A DNA stretch of 64,000 bases from an uncultured Clostridia bacterium (GTDB taxonomy: Bacteria; Bacillota; Clostridia; Christensenellales; UBA1242): NCBI GenBank assembly GCA_944341445.1, contig CALVLZ010000003.1:156448-220447 (forward strand), in the 5' to 3' direction. A program made the position numbers and the translations under genes. The notes under the pieces were generated by a model that was not told the DNA's origin, ran no database searches, and worked only from the letters and a program-made list of their open reading frames with translations. Below are positions 28,869-38,849 of this stretch, in pieces; position 1 is the stretch's first letter; the number at the start of each line of letters is the position of its first letter.

Positions 28869-30059
28869 ATGAAAAAAATTAAAATTTTAATACCTTATGT
28901 TGAAGCAGGAATGGGACATATTGTTACATCTCAAGCAATTAGCGAAAGTTTGAAAAAACTTAATAACGAAAACTTTGAAATAATATGTTGCAAAGCTTTT
29001 CAAGATAGCAAAGACCCAGATTTAATTAAATATGAAAAAGGCATTGTTGAACAAGTTAAAATGGCAAACAAACTTGCAGGCTACGGCAATTTTCAGTTTG
29101 CAATGATGCAACTTTTTGGTCCACAAACAAGTTTAAAATTTGTTCATTCAACAGTGTTTTCAAAAATAAAGAAAAAAACAATGGAGTATTTTGCTAGTTT
29201 TAAACCCGATGTTATTATTAGCACGCACTACGTTACAACACATTTTGCAATAGAATTAAAAAACAAATTTCTACCTAAGTTAAGTGTTATAACTTACGAC
29301 CCAGACCCAAACGTGCATGGCTGGTGGGACACTAGAACAGATTTGTTTATTACAAACAACGAACAAGCAACAATTGAAGCAATTCAAACACGTGGCTTTA
29401 CCCCAAGCCAAATTCGTCAAGTTTTTTTTGTAACACGAAATAGTGTTATTAACTGCAATTTAACAAAGGATGAGGCAAGAGAAAAATTAAATATTCCTGT
29501 TAATAAATTCACAGTTATTTTAGCAGACGGTGCTTATGCAAGCAGTAAGTTAAAAGAATACACAAACGAATTATTAAAAACAGATTTACCAATAACAATT
29601 TTAGTTATTGCTGGTAAAAACCAAAAGGTTTATGAATATTTCACAAAAAAGATTGGAAAAAATAAAATACCAAATAACATAACTTTAAAAGTTTACGGCT
29701 TTGTTAATAATATTGCCGAAATGTATAAAGCAAGCGATATTTTTATTACAAAAGCAGGCCCTAACGCAATTTTAGATAGTTTGTTTATGCACACACCAAT
29801 CATGGTTAACTTTTACGCTTCTCCTGTTGAAAAAGCAACTTGCAAATTGTTTGTTAACCATTTTAAATGTGGCGTTAAATGCTTAAACAAAGTTAAAGCT
29901 AGAGAAATGATTGAAGATTGGATAAACGATAAAACAAGAAAAGAATTGCAAACATATTCTCATAACAGCCTATATTTTGATAAATCCAAAAATGGCGCAG
30001 ATGAAATTGCTAAAATTGTTTTAAACTACATTTTGGAGGAAAATAATGAAAAAAATTAA
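28869..30059 (+). CDS. diacylglycerol glycosyltransferase, MGDG-synthase-like (GT28 family), paralog 2
   Basis: IPYVEAGMGHIVTSQAI, VITYDPDPNVHGWWD and ITKAGPNAILDSLFMHTP. By eye, roughly 40-45% identical to the 25524-26756 product. Confidence 0.75.
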   Translation: MKKIKILIPYVEAGMGHIVTSQAISESLKKLNNENFEIICCKAFQDSKDPDLIKYEKGIVEQVKMANKLAGYGNFQFAMMQLFGPQTSLKFVHSTVFSKIKKKTMEYFASFKPDVIISTHYVTTHFAIELKNKFLPKLSVITYDPDPNVHGWWDTRTDLFITNNEQATIEAIQTRGFTPSQIRQVFFVTRNSVINCNLTKDEAREKLNIPVNKFTVILADGAYASSKLKEYTNELLKTDLPITILVIAGKNQKVYEYFTKKIGKNKIPNNITLKVYGFVNNIAEMYKASDIFITKAGPNAILDSLFMHTPIMVNFYASPVEKATCKLFVNHFKCGVKCLNKVKAREMIEDWINDKTRKELQTYSHNSLYFDKSKNGADEIAKIVLNYILEENNEKN

Positions 30060-31215
30060 ATGTGCAATGTTTTCAGATTCATTTTTTCCATATTGGAGCG
30101 GAAGAGAGCAAGTTGTTCATAATTTAATGAAAGAACACATTAAAAGAATTGATGCACAACTTTTCTGCCCAAAAATTAAAGGCAAAATGGAAGGGTTTGA
30201 AGACGAAAATTTGCCATATAAAGTTTTTAGATGCAATAGTATAAGTTTTGGTAATACGGGTTATTTAAGTTTGCCTAACAAAAAGTTTAAACAACAAGTT
30301 AAAAGTTTCGCACCAAACATAATTCATGTTCAAACAAAATATGGTTTAATGAATTATGCTTTAAAATATAAGAAAAAATATAATGTGCCAGTTATAACAA
30401 CAATGCACACAAACTACCCTTTAATTTATAAAAACATTAAACCAAAATTTATTGGGAATTATGCTTTAAAAAGAATTGTTAAAGTTTTAAACAAATGCGA
30501 TGGTATTATTTCTGTTTCTGAAATGCGAAAACAAGAAATGATTAACTTAGGCGTTAAAACACCAATAACCGTTATTAAAAACGGAATTAACTTTCACAAC
30601 ATAACAACAGATTTGGAAGAACAAAAAAGCATTGCATTTAGAGTTGGCGGAATTTATAAAAGCAACTTTAACTTAATTTTTGCTGGAAGATTGGAAGAAT
30701 TAAAAAATGTTTTATTCTCATTAAAAGTTGTAAAAAAATTAGTTGAAAATAAGATACCTATTCATTTCACACTTATTGGAAATGGAAAAGATGAAAATTT
30801 GTATAAAGATTTTGTTGAAAAAAACAATTTGCAAAACAACATTACATTCACAGGAAAAATTGATAACAGAGAAATTTTGAACATTCTTTTTAAGTTTTCA
30901 GATTTATTTTTATTCACTTCATTAACAGAATCAGATGGTTTAGTAGTTTCTGAATGTGCTTATCAGAAAACACCAAGTATTATAATGGAAAATACACCAG
31001 CATGCGAAAGAATTAAAAATAACTTTAACGGTTTTATTTGTGAAAATGATATTAATGAATTTGTTAATAAATTAACAGAAATTTATAACAACAAAGAATT
31101 ATTAAAAGAAGTTTCTGAAAACGCAAAAAACACAATACCTAAAAGTTGGGAAGATGTTGCTAAAGAATATGAAAAATACTATGAGAGTGTTATAAAACAC
31201 AACGAAAAGGACTAA
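30046..31215 (+). CDS. glycosyltransferase family 4 (GT-B, retaining type)
   Basis: C-terminal E-x7-E-like region FTSLTESDGLVVSECAYQKTP and the GT4 domain layout. It overlaps the upstream gene by 14 nt. Confidence 0.75.
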   Translation: MKKIKCAMFSDSFFPYWSGREQVVHNLMKEHIKRIDAQLFCPKIKGKMEGFEDENLPYKVFRCNSISFGNTGYLSLPNKKFKQQVKSFAPNIIHVQTKYGLMNYALKYKKKYNVPVITTMHTNYPLIYKNIKPKFIGNYALKRIVKVLNKCDGIISVSEMRKQEMINLGVKTPITVIKNGINFHNITTDLEEQKSIAFRVGGIYKSNFNLIFAGRLEELKNVLFSLKVVKKLVENKIPIHFTLIGNGKDENLYKDFVEKNNLQNNITFTGKIDNREILNILFKFSDLFLFTSLTESDGLVVSECAYQKTPSIIMENTPACERIKNNFNGFICENDINEFVNKLTEIYNNKELLKEVSENAKNTIPKSWEDVAKEYEKYYESVIKHNEKD

Positions 31216-31218
31216 TAT

Positions 31219-32160
31219 ATGGAAAATTTGGTTAGCATACTTGTTCCTTGTTATAATTGTGAAAAGTTTTTAGAAAACTGTTTGAATAGTTTAATAAATC
31301 AATCATATAAAAATTTAGAAATTGTTTGCGTTAATGATGGAAGCATTGATAAAACTTTAGAAATATTAAATAACTTTGCATTAAAAGATAAACGTATTAA
31401 AGTGTTCAATAAAGAAAACGAAAAAAGCATATCAAAAACAAGAAACTTTTTGCTAGAAAAAGCAAACGGAAAATACTTAACTTGGGTTGATAGTGATGAT
31501 TGGGTTGAAAAAAACTATATTTTAGATATGGTTAATGCAATGGAAAATAAAAATGTTGATTTGGTTATTTGCGGATATCAAAAAGATAAAAAAATCAATG
31601 CCAAACAAAAAAAAATAAAACGCTATTATGAAATTGATAACAACATTGAAACATTAAAAAAAATGATTGCAATGAAGCCATACTTGGGATATTGTTGGGC
31701 GAAACTTTACAAAACTAATATTGCAAAAAGCATATTATTCGACACAGATGTAAATTTTTCTGAAGATATGTTGTTTAATTGCAAATACCTATTAGTAAGT
31801 AAAAGTTCATATTATTTTAATACTTCTAATTATCACTATATACAACACAAATCATCAATAATGCATTCTAAAATAGATGAAAACAAATTAACTATTTTAA
31901 AAAGCAGTGAAAAAATTATAGAACTAACAGAAAATGTTGACAAACAACTTTATAACAATGCAGTTGTTGCACACTCATTAAACTGCCTAAACATGTATTA
32001 TCAATTAACAATTTCTAAAATTAAAAACAAGCAATTAAATAAATATTTATTAGAAAATATGTTGATAGGAAGGCCTTTAATAAAAAATAACAAATATTTT
32101 ATGAAAATATTAAGGTTTGCATTGCCTTTTGGAATTCTTATTGCAAAATTAAAAAAATAA
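31219..32160 (+). CDS. glycosyltransferase family 2
   Basis: VSILVPCYNCEKFLENCLNSLINQSYKNLEIVCVNDGSIDKT plus a DSDD (DxD) motif. Confidence 0.85.
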   Translation: MENLVSILVPCYNCEKFLENCLNSLINQSYKNLEIVCVNDGSIDKTLEILNNFALKDKRIKVFNKENEKSISKTRNFLLEKANGKYLTWVDSDDWVEKNYILDMVNAMENKNVDLVICGYQKDKKINAKQKKIKRYYEIDNNIETLKKMIAMKPYLGYCWAKLYKTNIAKSILFDTDVNFSEDMLFNCKYLLVSKSSYYFNTSNYHYIQHKSSIMHSKIDENKLTILKSSEKIIELTENVDKQLYNNAVVAHSLNCLNMYYQLTISKIKNKQLNKYLLENMLIGRPLIKNNKYFMKILRFALPFGILIAKLKK

Positions 32161-32182
32161 AGAGAATTTCTCTTTATTTTTT
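32155..32182. terminator. bidirectional intrinsic terminator
   Basis: ATAAAGAGAA / TTCTCTTTAT stem flanked by A7 and T7. Confidence 0.7.
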
Positions 32183-33553
32183 TGTGTTATCAACTTTGAA
32201 AACTTCTTTTTTCTTTGGTTTTTCTTTAAAGAAACCTGCCTTAATTAATGCTTCGTTTTTTCTATTGCCCCAAATAGTGTCGTACCCTAAAACCATAGCA
32301 CCAAACACAATATAACTATAGTACGATACTAATCTCCACATAACTAAAGCCCAAACTAAAAAGTTACTTGGGAAATATTTTGCAAACACTGTTGCAAAAG
32401 ATAATTCTGCTGCGCCTGAGCCACCAGGCAATGGAAATAAACTTGCCGCCATATCACAAATAAGTAAGTTTGTTATAATTTCCATTGGTCCAATTAACCC
32501 AAACGGATTGAATGCTTTATATATAAAAAATGGAATTAGTGCATTTAAAAAAATTGTTAAAATGCTCGTTAAAATTTGAGTTGCCATTGTTGGAAAATGT
32601 TTTATGTAACTTTTCATACTAACTTGATATTCACGAACAAATCGCAAAACTCTTCTAAAAGTTGCTTTATAGTTTTTAACTAATTTTATTTTTTGACCAA
32701 ATTTTAAAATGCTCATAACAAACTTTGGCATCACTTTTTTGCTAAGTGATAGCAACAACACACTTAAAACAATAAACAACATTCCTGCCAAATTTACCCA
32801 AGCAAGTGTTACAACTATCCAGTTCTTATCAACATAAAAATGTCTTTGAACTATTAATACAATAACGCAAATAAAAGCATTAACAAATTGCCAAACAATA
32901 AACTTTGCAAGTGGAATGGTTGTTGCAATATCACTTCTAACACCCCTGCTTTTTAAATAAAAAATTTGAAAAGGTTGCCCGCCTGTGCTCATGGGTGTTA
33001 AACAATCATAATATCTACCTAATAAGTGCGTTTTAAAAGAAGTCCAAAACCTAAACCTACCTGTTCCTTTGTGTATTAATTGTGCAAATTTTAACGAATC
33101 TATAATTAAAAGCAACACATAAATTCCAATACCAACAAACAAATATCGCCAATAAGTTTCACCTGTGAACAAATCTCTAATATCGGAAACACCACCGGTT
33201 AGTGCGTTATATGTGAAAATGCAGGCAATAACAACAATGTTTGCAATAAAAAACCAAATACTAAAATTACGTTTTTTGTTTTGTTTTTTAATTTCTTCTT
33301 TTTGTTCTTTTAACAAATCTTCTGTGGTTACTGTTGTTTTTTTATCTTTTGCAATAACCATATATTCTGGAAATTTAACAGTTTGAAACCTTGGAGCATT
33401 AACATTTTTGCAAGGTTTTATTAATTTTTTTAAATTCTTTATTTTTAAAACTTTTTTAACATTTTTAACGCAAAAAAAAGTAGCAAAACTAGTTTTAGAA
33501 TTTTTGCTTTTTCTAAAAATATTTAACCTATTTTTTAAAAAATTCTTTTGCAT
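32174..33553 (-). CDS. flippase-like membrane protein (lysylphosphatidylglycerol synthase TM-region / UPF0104 family)
   Basis: About 8 TM helices, with the TPMSTGGQPFQIFYLKSRGV motif typical of the LPG_synthase_TM/YbhN family. A basic N-terminal extension precedes them. AAGGTG lies upstream of the first ATG. Confidence 0.7.
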   Translation of the reverse strand: MQKNFLKNRLNIFRKSKNSKTSFATFFCVKNVKKVLKIKNLKKLIKPCKNVNAPRFQTVKFPEYMVIAKDKKTTVTTEDLLKEQKEEIKKQNKKRNFSIWFFIANIVVIACIFTYNALTGGVSDIRDLFTGETYWRYLFVGIGIYVLLLIIDSLKFAQLIHKGTGRFRFWTSFKTHLLGRYYDCLTPMSTGGQPFQIFYLKSRGVRSDIATTIPLAKFIVWQFVNAFICVIVLIVQRHFYVDKNWIVVTLAWVNLAGMLFIVLSVLLLSLSKKVMPKFVMSILKFGQKIKLVKNYKATFRRVLRFVREYQVSMKSYIKHFPTMATQILTSILTIFLNALIPFFIYKAFNPFGLIGPMEIITNLLICDMAASLFPLPGGSGAAELSFATVFAKYFPSNFLVWALVMWRLVSYYSYIVFGAMVLGYDTIWGNRKNEALIKAGFFKEKPKKKEVFKVDNTKK

Positions 33554-33642
33554 TAAAACACCTTAAAAGAAGAGTACTAAATTTTAATTAAAAAGTCAAA
33601 TATAATAAAAGATATGAATTATGTTAATATTTAGTTAAATAT

Positions 33643-33673
33643 TTGACTTTGCTTCAAGTTAAATTATATAATT
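33643..33673 (+). promoter_or_regulatory. rubrerythrin promoter with overlapping AT palindrome (possible Fur/PerR-type operator)
   Basis: TTGACT (33643-33648), an 18-nt spacer, then TATAAT (33667-33672). A perfect 12-bp palindrome AATTATATAATT (33662-33673) covers the -10. Confidence 0.45.
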
Positions 33674-33708
33674 AATCGTAATTAGAAAATTACACATGGA
33701 GGTTATAT

Positions 33709-34248
33709 ATGAATTTAAAAGGTTCTAAAACAGAAAAGAATTTAATGGAAGCTTTCGCTGGCGAAAGTCAAGCTCGTAATAAATACACTTATTATGCTTC
33801 TCAAGCAAAAAAAGAAGGATATGAGCAAGTTGCTGCAATCTTTTTAGAAACTGCAGAAAATGAAAAAGAACATGCAAAACTATGGTTTAAAGCATTACAC
33901 GAAGGTGCTGTTCCAAGCACATTAGTTAACTTGTTAGATGCTGCTGCTGGAGAAAATGGCGAGTGGACTGATATGTACAAAAGAATGGCAGAAGAAGCAC
34001 GTGAAGAGGGTTTTGTTGGCCTTGCTATGCAATTTGAAGGCGTTGCAAAAATTGAAGAAGAACACGAAAAAAGATATCGTGCACTTGCTGAAAACATTAA
34101 AAACAACAAAGTGTTCAAACGTGATAATGTTGTTGTTTGGAAATGCCGCAATTGTGGACATATTCACATTGGAGAAGCTGCTCCTATGGTTTGCCCTGTT
34201 TGTGCTCATCCTCAAGCATTCTTTGAACTACAAGGAACAAATTATTAA
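33709..34248 (+). CDS. rbr: rubrerythrin
   Basis: N-terminal diiron four-helix-bundle motifs ([26 protein letters not shown]) and a C-terminal rubredoxin-like CRNCG...CPVCAHP. Confidence 0.92.
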   Translation: MNLKGSKTEKNLMEAFAGESQARNKYTYYASQAKKEGYEQVAAIFLETAENEKEHAKLWFKALHEGAVPSTLVNLLDAAAGENGEWTDMYKRMAEEAREEGFVGLAMQFEGVAKIEEEHEKRYRALAENIKNNKVFKRDNVVVWKCRNCGHIHIGEAAPMVCPVCAHPQAFFELQGTNY

Positions 34249-34270
34249 TATTTAATAATAAAATTAAAAC

Positions 34271-34303
34271 AAAAAACTAATGCAAAACTGCATTAGTTTT
34301 TTT
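34271..34303. terminator. bidirectional intrinsic terminator
   Basis: AAACTAATGCA-aaac-TGCATTAGTTT 11-bp stem flanked by A6 and T7. Confidence 0.8.
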
Positions 34304-34613
34304 AATTTTTATGAGCAGAAATTTTTAAAATTTCCTCATAATTATCATCTTCCGCCATCTTGTTTCTTATAATTGCGCCACATTTTAAGCACTTATAAAC
34401 AATAATGCAACCTTTTTTTGAATCTTGCATAATTTCAATTGGTTTTAAAACGCCTTTGCATTCGTTTAATCTATCCCCCGGCATAATATCAACATGCAAG
34501 CCATATAAACAAAAGTTGCAATGGTCACGGCTGGAATAATTTAATTTTTCAACATTGCAACCACAATTAACGCATTTAAAACTTTGGTCATTTTTTTTAA
34601 AGTTCATATTCAC
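34302..34613 (-). CDS. RNHCP-domain zinc-ribbon protein
   Basis: FKCVNCG ... SRDHCNFCLYGLHVD ... YKCLKCG matches the RNHCP domain pattern. It overlaps the radC stop by 4 nt. Confidence 0.65.
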   Translation of the reverse strand: MNMNFKKNDQSFKCVNCGCNVEKLNYSSRDHCNFCLYGLHVDIMPGDRLNECKGVLKPIEIMQDSKKGCIIVYKCLKCGAIIRNKMAEDDNYEEILKISAHKN

Positions 34614-35389
34614 TCCTTGTTATATTCGCAAGGCTCTGCGCAAACCTGCAAACTATCTCTAACAAACATTTCGTTTAATTCTTCAACATACTTTTCAATT
34701 AATCCGTTTCTTGCAAAACTAAAACTTGCGTCTTCAGCAATAATAATATGGTCCAAAACATTAACACCATTTAAGTGCAAACTAATAACCATTGCACGTG
34801 TGCTTATTTTATCATTTTGAGAAGGATTGTTTGTTCCGTTTGGATGATTATGGCATAAAATAACGTTAGCACTATTAAACTTAAAAGCACACTCTGTTAT
34901 TTTCTTTATGTTAACTTGGCTTGCGTTCACAGTGCCAGAAGAAATTTTCTCATAATGAATTACTGAACTATTATTATTTAAGAAAACTGCATAAAACTCT
35001 TCTTCAGTTTTATCCGACAAAAGTTCTCCACAATATTCAATTGCTTGTGCTGTGTTTTTAATGCTAACTTTTTTGTTTAACTTACTTAACTTATAATAAC
35101 AAAAGAATTCTTTAATAAAAGTTATAAAACTTGCAGCATATTCTCCAACGCCTTCAACTTTTAATAAATCTTCTTCGTTTGCTTGCAACACTTGGGCAAA
35201 ACTGCCAAACTTATTAATTAAATCGTGTGCAATGGGGTTTGTATCTTTTCTTGGAATAACATAAGATAGCAATAACTCCAACACTTGATGTTCTTGCATA
35301 TTGCAAAGCCCAACATTGTTTGCACTTTCTCTTAATCTTTTTCTATGCCCAACATGTTTATTTTTATCTATTTCTTTCATATCTTCCAC
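34610..35389 (-). CDS. radC: RadC-family JAB-domain protein
   Basis: N-terminal GHRKRLRE and HhH region, with the C-terminal JAMM-like motif HNHPNG...PS..D. Confidence 0.85.
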   Translation of the reverse strand: MEDMKEIDKNKHVGHRKRLRESANNVGLCNMQEHQVLELLLSYVIPRKDTNPIAHDLINKFGSFAQVLQANEEDLLKVEGVGEYAASFITFIKEFFCYYKLSKLNKKVSIKNTAQAIEYCGELLSDKTEEEFYAVFLNNNSSVIHYEKISSGTVNASQVNIKKITECAFKFNSANVILCHNHPNGTNNPSQNDKISTRAMVISLHLNGVNVLDHIIIAEDASFSFARNGLIEKYVEELNEMFVRDSLQVCAEPCEYNKE

Positions 35390-35468
35390 TAATTATTTTT
35401 TTAAGATTATAACAAAAAATTCTTTTATTCCACAAGTTTTTATTATGAAATAAAAGAATTTATTATTT

Positions 35469-37664
35469 TTATTTTGCCCCAATTGCTTGTTCTTTTTCTT
35501 CTTCTGTAACGCCTTTAATTGTTAAACTAATACGCTTTTTGTTAACATCAACGCTTAAAACTTTAACAACAACTTCGTCGCCAACTTTTAAAACTTCGCT
35601 TGGATGTTTAATGTAATCCTTGCAAATTTCACTTATGTGAACAAGTCCGTCTTGGTGAACAGAAATATCAACAAACACACCAAAGTCTATAACATTTCTA
35701 ACAACACCTGTTATAACTTGACCAACTTTTAAATCGCTAATATCAAGCAACTCGCTTTTTAAAACAGGTTTTGGCAAGTCGTCTCTCATATCTCTGCCCG
35801 GTTTTAAAAGTTCATTAACAATATCTGTTAATGTTGGAACACCAATTCCCAATTCTTCTGCAACTTTTTCTGCACCTTTTTCATCAATTAAATTTGGCAA
35901 ATGCTTAATGTTTCCGTTTTTAACATCTTCATCTGTTAAACCAAACATTTTTAAAAGTTTTTCTGTTGCTTTATATGCTTCTGGGTGAACCCCTGTGTTA
36001 TCTAAAATGTTATCACCGTTAACAATACGCAAGAAACCTGCACATTGTTCAAATGCTTTATCTCCTAATTTTGGAACTTTCTTTAATTCCAAACGATTTT
36101 TAAACATACCATTTTCGTTTTTATATTTTTCAATGTTGCTTGCAATTCCGCTGTTTAATCCAGAAACAAAAGATAACAAACTTGGACTTGCAGTGTTAAC
36201 ATCAACACCAACACTGTTAACACAATTTTCAACAACACCATTTAACACTTCGCCAAGTCTTGCTTGTGGCATATCGTGTTGATATTGCCCAACACCAATG
36301 CTTTTAACATCAATTTTAATTAATTCTGCAAGTGGGTCTTGCAATCTTCTTGCAATTGAAACAGCACTTCTTAACGCAACATCAAAATTAGGAAATTCTT
36401 TTGCACCCAATTTGCTTGCAGAATAAACACTGGCACCTGCTTCATTAACAACAGCATATGTTATTTTTCTTTTTAATTTTTTAATTAAGTTTGCAACAAA
36501 AATTTCACTTTCTTTTGTTGCTGTTCCGTTACCAATTGAAATAACATCAACTTTGTGTTTTTCAATTAATCTTGTTAATATTAATTCGCTTTCTTCCACC
36601 TTGTTTTGTGGAGGTGTTGGATATATAACTGAAGTATCTAACACACTTCCGTTTTCATTAATAACAGCAATTTTGCAACCTGTTCTGTATGCTGGGTCCA
36701 AACCTAAAATAACTTTACCTTTTAATGGTGGTTGCATTAAAAGTGGTTTTAAGTTAAATTCAAACATTTTTATTGCTTGTTCGTTTGCACTATCTGTTAA
36801 TTCACTTCTTATTTCTCTTTCAATGCTATCAAACAACAATCTTTTATAAGCATCTAAACAAACTTCTTCTAAAAGTTCTTTATAGCAAGATTTTTTTGTT
36901 ATGAACATTGATGTTATAATTTCTAGTGCTTTATCTTGATCAACTGTTAAATTAACTTTTAAAACTTTTTCCTTTTCTCCACGGTTTAGTGCAAGCACTC
37001 TGTGGCTACTCATATTTTTAATTGGGCTAGAAAAATTGAAATAGTTTTCATAAACATAACTTCCTTCAACTTCTTCGCCTTCTTTTAAAGCACACTTACT
37101 TTCAATTTTTGCAAATTTTTCAAAAAATTCTCTTAATTTCTTTCTTAAGTTTGCATTATCTGAAATCATTTCTGCAATTATATCTTTTGCACCAGCAATA
37201 ACTTCTTCAACAGAATTAACTTCTTTTTCTGCATTAACAAAATCTTTTGCAAACTCTTCTAAATTTGGGTTATTTTGTTTTAAAATGAAATCTGCAACAG
37301 GTTGCAAGCCTTTTGCAATTGCAACGCTTGCACGTGTTTTTCTTTTTGGTTTAAATGGTCTATATATATCTTCAACTCCAGTTAGGGTTAAAGCAGAATC
37401 TAATGCTTTTTTAATTTCATCAGTCATATTCCCTTGCTCTGAAATTAAATTTTCAACTTCTTCTTTTCTTTTATTCAAATTTCTTAAATAGTTTAATCTA
37501 TCATAGAAAGAACGCAAAGTTTGGTCATCGCAAGAACCTGTTAACTCTTTTCTATACCTTGCAATAAAAGGTATTGTGCATCCTTCATCTATTAAATTTA
37601 TAATGTTTTTTGTGTGTGTTGGGCTAATTCCAAATTCTTGCCCAAGTATAATTTCAATATTCAT
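35469..37664 (-). CDS. tex: Tex-like transcription accessory protein (S1 RNA-binding domain protein)
   Basis: N-terminal IARYRKE motif, YqgF/RuvX-like and HhH regions, and a C-terminal S1 domain (GQVITGVVRNVIDFGVFVDI...). 731 aa. Confidence 0.9.
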   Translation of the reverse strand: MNIEIILGQEFGISPTHTKNIINLIDEGCTIPFIARYRKELTGSCDDQTLRSFYDRLNYLRNLNKRKEEVENLISEQGNMTDEIKKALDSALTLTGVEDIYRPFKPKRKTRASVAIAKGLQPVADFILKQNNPNLEEFAKDFVNAEKEVNSVEEVIAGAKDIIAEMISDNANLRKKLREFFEKFAKIESKCALKEGEEVEGSYVYENYFNFSSPIKNMSSHRVLALNRGEKEKVLKVNLTVDQDKALEIITSMFITKKSCYKELLEEVCLDAYKRLLFDSIEREIRSELTDSANEQAIKMFEFNLKPLLMQPPLKGKVILGLDPAYRTGCKIAVINENGSVLDTSVIYPTPPQNKVEESELILTRLIEKHKVDVISIGNGTATKESEIFVANLIKKLKRKITYAVVNEAGASVYSASKLGAKEFPNFDVALRSAVSIARRLQDPLAELIKIDVKSIGVGQYQHDMPQARLGEVLNGVVENCVNSVGVDVNTASPSLLSFVSGLNSGIASNIEKYKNENGMFKNRLELKKVPKLGDKAFEQCAGFLRIVNGDNILDNTGVHPEAYKATEKLLKMFGLTDEDVKNGNIKHLPNLIDEKGAEKVAEELGIGVPTLTDIVNELLKPGRDMRDDLPKPVLKSELLDISDLKVGQVITGVVRNVIDFGVFVDISVHQDGLVHISEICKDYIKHPSEVLKVGDEVVVKVLSVDVNKKRISLTIKGVTEEEKEQAIGAK

Positions 37665-37861
37665 TTTTATTCCTTTTTTGTTGTTTTTTTGTAATTGAAT
37701 TACTTATTAAAAGTATATCAAATTAATTAAAAATTTCAAATTGAATATAAACTATTTTAATTTGTTATTGCTTAAATTTATTTTAAAAAAATAAGTTAGT
37801 TATAATTTTTTAATTGGTTTATGGATATACTATTTTATATATAAAATTTAAAGGGTTAATT

Positions 37862-38842
37862 ATGAAAAACAACATAAACTCAACTAAAAAAACAATTCAA
37901 AAAGTTAACACAAGCAAAAACGAACTTCAAGTTGAATACAACAAAAATTTAAAAGAAAAACAAGAAGACCAAATTATAAAACAACAAAAAGCAGAAAACA
38001 AAATTAAAAAGCACGAAAGAAATATTAAAATTTTAAAAGCAACGTTAACAGTGCTAACAATTGTTGCTTTTATTTTGGCGTTGTATTTACCTTTTAAATT
38101 AAGCGGAGCATTAGAAAAAATTGATTCCGTTGAAGAACTAAAAGAATTAATTTTATCTGGTGGTGGTTGGAGCAGTTTTGTTTTTAGTGCCATACAGTTT
38201 TTGCAAGTTACAGTTCTTCCAATTCCAAGCATTATAACAACGCTTGCAGGAGCTTTAATTTTTGGGCCGTGGGAAGCGTTTATTTTAAGTTTTATTGCAA
38301 TAATGTTAGGTAGCATTTTTGCATTTTGGTTGGGCAAAAAAGTTGGAAAAAACATTGTTTGTTGGATAGTTGGCAAAGAAGATGCAGAAAAATGGAGCAA
38401 AAAACTTGAACGTGGAAAATATGCTTTTTTTCTTATGATGCTATTCCCCATTTTTCCAGATGATGTTTTGTGTTTGATTGCTGGTATTACAAATATGACA
38501 TATAAATTTTTTATTTTAACAAACTTAATAACAAGGCCATTAGCAATTGCAAGCACCTGTTTTTTAGGCAGCGGAAGTTTAATTCCTTTTAGCGGATGGG
38601 GTATTTATGTATGGGCTGTTTTAATTATTGCTGGAATTGTTTGTTTTTATATTGCAATAAAGTACCAACAAAAAATAGAGAATTTTATAAATAAACTTGC
38701 TATTAAAAATTTAAGAAAAAAACAACATAAAGAAAGATTAAAAATGGCTGAAAGCGCAAAAGAAACAAGCATTAAAAAACAAAATATAGCAACCCAAAAC
38801 ACATATATAATAACCACCAACAAAACAAATAAAAAAGAGTAG
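37862..38842 (+). CDS. TVP38/TMEM64 (SNARE-associated, DedA-related) membrane protein
   Basis: VLPIPSIITTLAGALIFGPWEAFILSFIAIMLGSIFAFWLGKKVG and FPIFPDDVLCLIAGIT motifs. Start taken at MKNNINS (ATG 37862). Confidence 0.8.
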   Translation: MKNNINSTKKTIQKVNTSKNELQVEYNKNLKEKQEDQIIKQQKAENKIKKHERNIKILKATLTVLTIVAFILALYLPFKLSGALEKIDSVEELKELILSGGGWSSFVFSAIQFLQVTVLPIPSIITTLAGALIFGPWEAFILSFIAIMLGSIFAFWLGKKVGKNIVCWIVGKEDAEKWSKKLERGKYAFFLMMLFPIFPDDVLCLIAGITNMTYKFFILTNLITRPLAIASTCFLGSGSLIPFSGWGIYVWAVLIIAGIVCFYIAIKYQQKIENFINKLAIKNLRKKQHKERLKMAESAKETSIKKQNIATQNTYIITTNKTNKKE

Positions 38843-38849
38843 AAATTTT

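Noticed and set aside
37927-38556. Long shadow ORFs antisense to real genes (37927-38556 minus; also 6575-6979 plus, 52129-52716 plus, 942-1328 plus, 14953-15297 plus, 25882-26265 plus)
   Set aside because: Each lies entirely inside, and antisense to, a gene with strong family motifs (TVP38, MscS, P-type ATPase, IUNH, YwaF-like, GT28). Their products are low-complexity Phe/Ser/Leu/Ile-rich sequences typical of AT-rich antisense frames, and they have no SD.
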